Positions 59,148-64,000 of a stretch of 64,000 nucleotides of DNA are shown here, piece by piece. Both the position numbers and the translations under genes were made by a program. The stretch's first letter is position 1. Every line of letters begins with the position of its first letter. Source of the DNA: Longimicrobiales bacterium (GTDB lineage Bacteria; Gemmatimonadota; Gemmatimonadetes; Longimicrobiales; Gaopeijiaceae); assembly GCA_965248195.1 (NCBI GenBank), contig CBDFIQ010000001.1:1408001-1472000 (forward strand), written 5' to 3'. The notes below the pieces were generated by a model, which was not told where the DNA came from, did not search any database, and saw only the letters and a list, made by a program, of their open reading frames with translations.

Positions 59148-60601
59148 ATGTTGGGACTGCGAGAGAGAATGGAAGAGAATGGTAGTGCCCCTGGAATCGG
59201 GGAGGCCAAGCGAAGCGCGGCAGCTCCTGCGGACCCGGAGGTAGTAGATAGGCCGCTACGCCGGCGGTTCAGTCCATCGTACAAGCTGCGGATCGTCGAA
59301 GAAGCGGACCGGTGCACCGAGCCCGGCGAGGTGGGTCAGCTCCTGCGGCGCGAGGGCCTGTACTCGTCGCACCTGACGACGTGGCGCAAGGCGGCGCATA
59401 GCGGGTCGCTGAAGGCCCTGTCGAAGAAACGCGGCCGCAAGCCGGAGCGGAATCCGCTGGATGAGAAGGTACGCAAGCTGGAGCGGCAAAACGCACGGCT
59501 CGAGAATGAGCTCAGGAAGGCACACCTGATCATCGACGTGCAGGGAAAAGTTGCGGGGCTGCTGGGGATAAGCCTCGACGACGGGACGAACTCTTGAAGG
59601 CGGCCGATGAGCTGGCTAAGCACGTCGGTGTAAAACCGGCGTGCGCGGCTCTCGAGGTCTCCCGATCGACGTTCTACCGTCGTCGAGGCCCATCGACCGG
59701 GCAACGGCAGCCCCGCCCGACGCCCGCCCGGGCATTGAGCGAGACGGAACGAGGCGAGGTCTTCGACACGCTGTGTTCGGAGCGGTTCGTGGACCGCTCA
59801 CCCGCCGAGGTGGTGGCCACGCTGCTCGACGAAGAGGTCTACCTGTGCAGCGAACGCACGATGTATCGTGTTCTGGCCTCCGAGGTGCCGGTTCAGGAAC
59901 GCCGGGCGCAGCGCACCCATCCCGAGTACAAGAAGCCCGAGTTGATGGCCACGGCGCCGAACCAGGTGTGGTCCTGGGATATCACGCGGCTACTCGGGCC
60001 GAAGAAGTGGAGCTATTACTACCTCTACGTCATCATGGACATCTACAGCCGCTACGTCGTGGGCTGGATGGTGGCGGACCGGGAGAACTCGGCCCTGGCC
60101 GGCCGGTTGATCCAGCAGAGCTGCCTGAAGCATGGCGTCCAGCCCCGGGTCCTGACCCTGCACTCGGATCGGGGAGCTCCAATGACGAGCCAATGCACCG
60201 CTCAACTTCTCGCTGACCTCGGCGTGACTCGCTCGTTGAGCCGGCCTCAGGTGTCGGATGACAACCCGTTTTCCGAGGCTCAGTTCAAAACCTTGAAGTA
60301 CCATCCCTCGTTTCCCGGGCGGTTCGGGGATCAGGGCCAGGCCAAGACGTTGTGTCGATCGTTCTTCCGCTGGTACAATGCCGAGCACCGCCATGGCGGT
60401 ATCTCGATGCTAACCCCCGAGCAGGTCCACTTCGGGAACGCCGATCAGGTCATTGCCGGCAGGAAATCCGTGCTCCGCGAAGCATGGGCCGCTCATCCCG
60501 AACGCTTCGTCACAGGTGTGCCGAAGCCCAAACCGCTCCCGGAGGCCGTCTACATCAATCCTCCCATCCCTTCCCTCACCACACAGGATATTGCTCTCTA
60601 A
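59148..60601 (+). CDS. IS3 transposase OrfA (59148-59597) / OrfB (59594-60601), probable -1 frameshift
   Basis: WSWDIT, LHSDRG and DNPFSEAQFKTLK DDE motifs; G GGA AAA heptamer at 59543-59549 with an open -1 frame. Confidence 0.92.
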
Positions 60602-61067
60602 TTAATCCCGTAGAGTGTCCCATTGTCGTTGACAGGTTCCGCCTTGAAACAGCTCGCGCAAATCATCGCGTAGCTCGTCTTGCGTGGCCCGACCGATCTC
60701 CACAATCTCTTGCATCGGAAGCTCCTCTCCGGTTCCGAGCCTGCTCTGCAGACCCGGACTCCCGGGTTCATGTGACAGTGAACAACAACAGAGGAGCTTC
60801 CGTTTTTCTTTCCCTCCTGTCCAGCTTATCCGCTTTTACACAAATCTAGGGACACTACCGCTGCCGAACGCTTTGGAGTGACGCTCTGTATTAGGACGGA
60901 GAAGTTTTCGGCGAGCCCCTGCGCCGCGGCAACCGCCCCAGGCGGAACGCTAACGGAGGCCGATTTCTCGGTGACTTTCAACGCCCCTACTGCGTTGGCG
61001 GATACGGCCGCATGGTTTCAATTCGTCTTTGGCGTCGACGGTAGAGACACGTGGTGGCCTGACGGGA

Positions 61068-62632
61068 CCCTCTCTGCCAACGTACGTGAGACACGGAGCA
61101 CGCAAAGAATTAGAGTAGGGCGAAGGCAGAGAAAACGAACATGTTGGGACTGCGAGAGAGAATGGAAGAGAATGGTAGTGCCCCTGGAATCGGGGAGGCC
61201 AAGCGAAGCGCGGCAGCTCCTGCGGACCCGGAGGTAGTAGATAGGCCGCTACGCCGGCGGTTCAGTCCATCGTACAAGCTGCGGATCGTCGAAGAAGCGG
61301 ACCGGTGCACCGAGCCCGGCGAGGTGGGTCAGCTCCTGCGGCGCGAGGGCCTGTACTCGTCGCACCTGACGACGTGGCGCAAGGCGGCGCATAGCGGGTC
61401 GCTGAAGGCCCTGTCGAAGAAACGCGGCCGCAAGCCGGAGCGGAATCCGCTGGATGAGAAGGTACGCAAGCTGGAGCGGCAAAACGCACGGCTCGAGAAT
61501 GAGCTCAGGAAGGCACACCTGATCATCGACGTGCAGGGAAAAGTTGCGGGGCTGCTGGGGATAAGCCTCGACGACGGGACGAACTCTTGAAGGCGGCCGA
61601 TGAGCTGGCTAAGCACGTCGGTGTAAAACCGGCGTGCGCGGCTCTCGAGGTCTCCCGATCGACGTTCTACCGTCGTCGAGGCCCATCGACCGGGCAACGG
61701 CAGCCCCGCCCGACGCCCGCCCGGGCATTGAGCGAGACGGAACGAGGCGAGGTCTTCGACACGCTGTGTTCGGAGCGGTTCGTGGACCGCTCACCCGCCG
61801 AGGTGGTGGCCACGCTGCTCGACGAAGAGGTCTACCTGTGCAGCGAACGCACGATGTATCGTGTTCTGGCCTCCGAGGTGCCGGTTCAGGAACGCCGGGC
61901 GCAGCGCACCCATCCCGAGTACAAGAAGCCCGAGTTGATGGCCACGGCGCCGAACCAGGTGTGGTCCTGGGATATCACGCGGCTACTCGGGCCGAAGAAG
62001 TGGAGCTATTACTACCTCTACGTCATCATGGACATCTACAGCCGCTACGTCGTGGGCTGGATGGTGGCGGACCGGGAGAACTCGGCCCTGGCCGGCCGGT
62101 TGATCCAGCAGAGCTGCCTGAAGCATGGCGTCCAGCCCCGGGTCCTGACCCTGCACTCGGATCGGGGAGCTCCAATGACGAGCCAATGCACCGCTCAACT
62201 TCTCGCTGACCTCGGCGTGACTCGCTCGTTGAGCCGGCCTCAGGTGTCGGATGACAACCCGTTTTCCGAGGCTCAGTTCAAAACCTTGAAGTACCATCCC
62301 TCGTTTCCCGGGCGGTTCGGGGATCAGGGCCAGGCCAAGACGTTGTGTCGATCGTTCTTCCGCTGGTACAATGCCGAGCACCGCCATGGCGGTATCTCGA
62401 TGCTAACCCCCGAGCAGGTCCACTTCGGGAACGCCGATCAGGTCATTGCCGGCAGGAAATCCGTGCTCCGCGAAGCATGGGCCGCTCATCCCGAACGCTT
62501 CGTCACAGGTGTGCCGAAGCCCAAACCGCTCCCGGAGGCCGTCTACATCAATCCTCCCATCCCTTCCCTCACCACACAGGATATTGCTCTCTAATTAATC
62601 CCGTAGAGTGTCCCATTGTCGTTGACAGGTTC
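61068..62632 (+). mobile_element. IS3-family element, intact, 1565 bp; TSD cggga
   Basis: TSD at 61063-61067 and 62633-62637; OrfA 61141-61590, OrfB 61587-62594. Confidence 0.93.
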
Positions 62633-62877
62633 CGGGAATCTGGCAGCCGTATTGCGGATCCCCTCACTTGTCCTGGGGGACACGCTTTTCCGATTGCCTC
62701 TTGAGGTGAACACCGGAGGGATCTCCATCATCTTCTGATGACCCTCCGCGACTGGACCGACCCCCGCCCCACGGACGACCAACGGATTTGAATGGGTGAA
62801 GCCCGGCAACCGCGAGAAGGGCCTTGGCTACTTTGGCCGCCGCATCTGTGGGCCGGGAAGACGTTGCGGGGATCAAG

Positions 62878-63468
62878 GTGAGGCGGAACAGCAAGGCTAT
62901 TACCAAACTCAAGGCTGATGCAGAGCATCTGCTCGACAACTATCGTGAGACGGTAACGACCCTCGCGATAATGGAGCCGATGGTGTCCAACAGCGCCGTG
63001 CGAGAGTCGTGCGGCCGCGGCGATGCGCACTGGGGCTTCCTAATCGTGCGTAGCACTCTTTTCCTCAACGTGGTTCTGCGTATTGCCAAGCTTGTCTTTG
63101 ATAAATATTCCAGTACTCCGAGTGTCCATACGATCGTGGATGAAGTCATGCATCCCGGGGTAGCCGGGATTCTGAAGAACGAATACGTGGATGGGTACTG
63201 TGCCGTCGACTCTTCGAGCGATAGATCGCTTCACGAGGGTGAGTTTGACAGCCACTTGAACGAACTGCGGTCCCTAGCACAGGAAGTCAAAGCCGATCCG
63301 TTGTTCCTGTGCGCAAAGAAGGTGCGAGACAAGTCCATTGCTCACTGGGAAGTGGTATATAGGAACGGCAAGTATGAGTTATATGATATTAGCCAACACG
63401 ACCTGAAGTGGACATCACCGCGAGACATGATTGAGAGGCTTAGGCCGGTCATTCACAAGGTTAGTCTA
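62878..63468 (+). pseudogene. HEPN (AbiU2-like) protein, 3'-truncated by an IS5-family element
   Basis: VVLRIAKLVFD....PS and RDKSIAH (Rx5H); lower GC; frame runs into the IS end. Confidence 0.65.
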
Positions 63469-64000
63469 GGGTCTGTTAACACTAAGGGCAATTTGTAGTA
63501 TATTGGGGCTATGAAAATCACAGAGTCCCAATATCGTCGGATAGAGGCTTGCTTTCCGCATCAGCGCGGCAATGTGAGCATCTCCAATCTCGAAGTGCTT
63601 AACGCGATCCTGTATGTGGCCGAACACGGCTGCAAATGGCGGGGGTTGCCTCCGCGTTTCGGTAACTGGCATACGATCTACACCCGAATGAATCGCTGGG
63701 CCAGGGCAGGTGTGCTGGATCGTGTCTTTGCGGCCCTGCAAGACGAGCAAATTATCCGGATCAAGATCCAAGCTCTGTCGATCGACAGTACCATCGTCAA
63801 GGTGCACCCTGATGGCACCGGCGCTCTAAAAAAAACGGCCCGCAGGCCATCGGCAAGTCGCGTGGAGGCTGGACCACCAAGATTCATATGGTTGCCGCAG
63901 ATGCTCGAACCGCGATAACCTTCTCGCTATCGCCAGGCCACAAGCACGACGCGCCGGAAGGACGGGAACTGCTACGCACGTTGAAGCCGGTACATTCCAC
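63469..64000 (+). mobile_element. IS5-family (IS427-group-like) element, partial; frameshifted transposase from 63511
   Basis: GCKWRGLP..GNWHTIY.R.NRW and IDSTIVKVH; A8 slip at 63828-35 into KKNGPQAIGKSRGGWTTKIH; inserted at (C)TA(G). Confidence 0.9.

Larger units (their letters stand above)
57690..60639 (+). mobile_element. IS3-family element interrupted near its left end by IS256; TSD cgcct
   Basis: Same ends as 61068-62632; 1565 bp once the insert is removed. Confidence 0.92.
56529..60859 (-). mobile_element. IS256 copy (outer), interrupted by IS3; 9-bp TSD gctgccgaa
   Basis: TSD at 56520-56528 and 60860-60868; transposase split between 57689 and 60640. Confidence 0.93.
56028..62738 (+). 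pseudogene. Lipoprotein gene (266 aa reconstructed) split by IS insertions: 56028-56528 + 60869-61067 + 62638-62738
   Basis: Removing the elements and one copy of each TSD restores an 801-nt frame ending ..NTGGISIIF*; lipobox ASASC. Confidence 0.85.
46336..63468. mobile_element. Left arm of a prophage or phage-like integrated element (boundaries approximate)
   Basis: int, xis, RusA-like, tRNA, exonuclease, many small coupled ORFs and a cro/cI switch; att site not identifiable. Confidence 0.85.

Overview
High-GC bacterial chromosome segment; the gene repertoire (SusC/SusD-type pairs, an ADOP-type ABC permease, DUF1549/1553/1501, a kinase-propeller remnant) suggests Gemmatimonadota or a similar lineage, which is inference only. 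Bases 1-46 kb are an accessory region of exported enzymes and transporters. It holds two SusC/SusD loci (one 5'-truncated), two paralogous beta-propeller + di-haem cytochrome c pairs, a MazF-type TA pair, a triad of paralogous small membrane/coiled-coil genes, a sugar ABC operon cut by IS256, an SLC12-like transporter and several gene remnants. From about 46.3 kb there is the left arm of a prophage-like element: integrase, excisionase, RusA-like, an initiator-type tRNA-Met with C33, an exonuclease plus putative annealing protein, a repeat-rich array of small genes containing a duplicated 112-nt structured element, and a cro/cI switch with two operators. A lipoprotein gene follows, broken by nested IS256>IS3>IS256 insertions plus a second IS3, and then a HEPN (AbiU2-like) gene cut by an IS5-family element. 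No structural phage genes, CRISPR array, rRNA or reverse transcriptase are visible. Family assignments come from motif recognition, not database searches.
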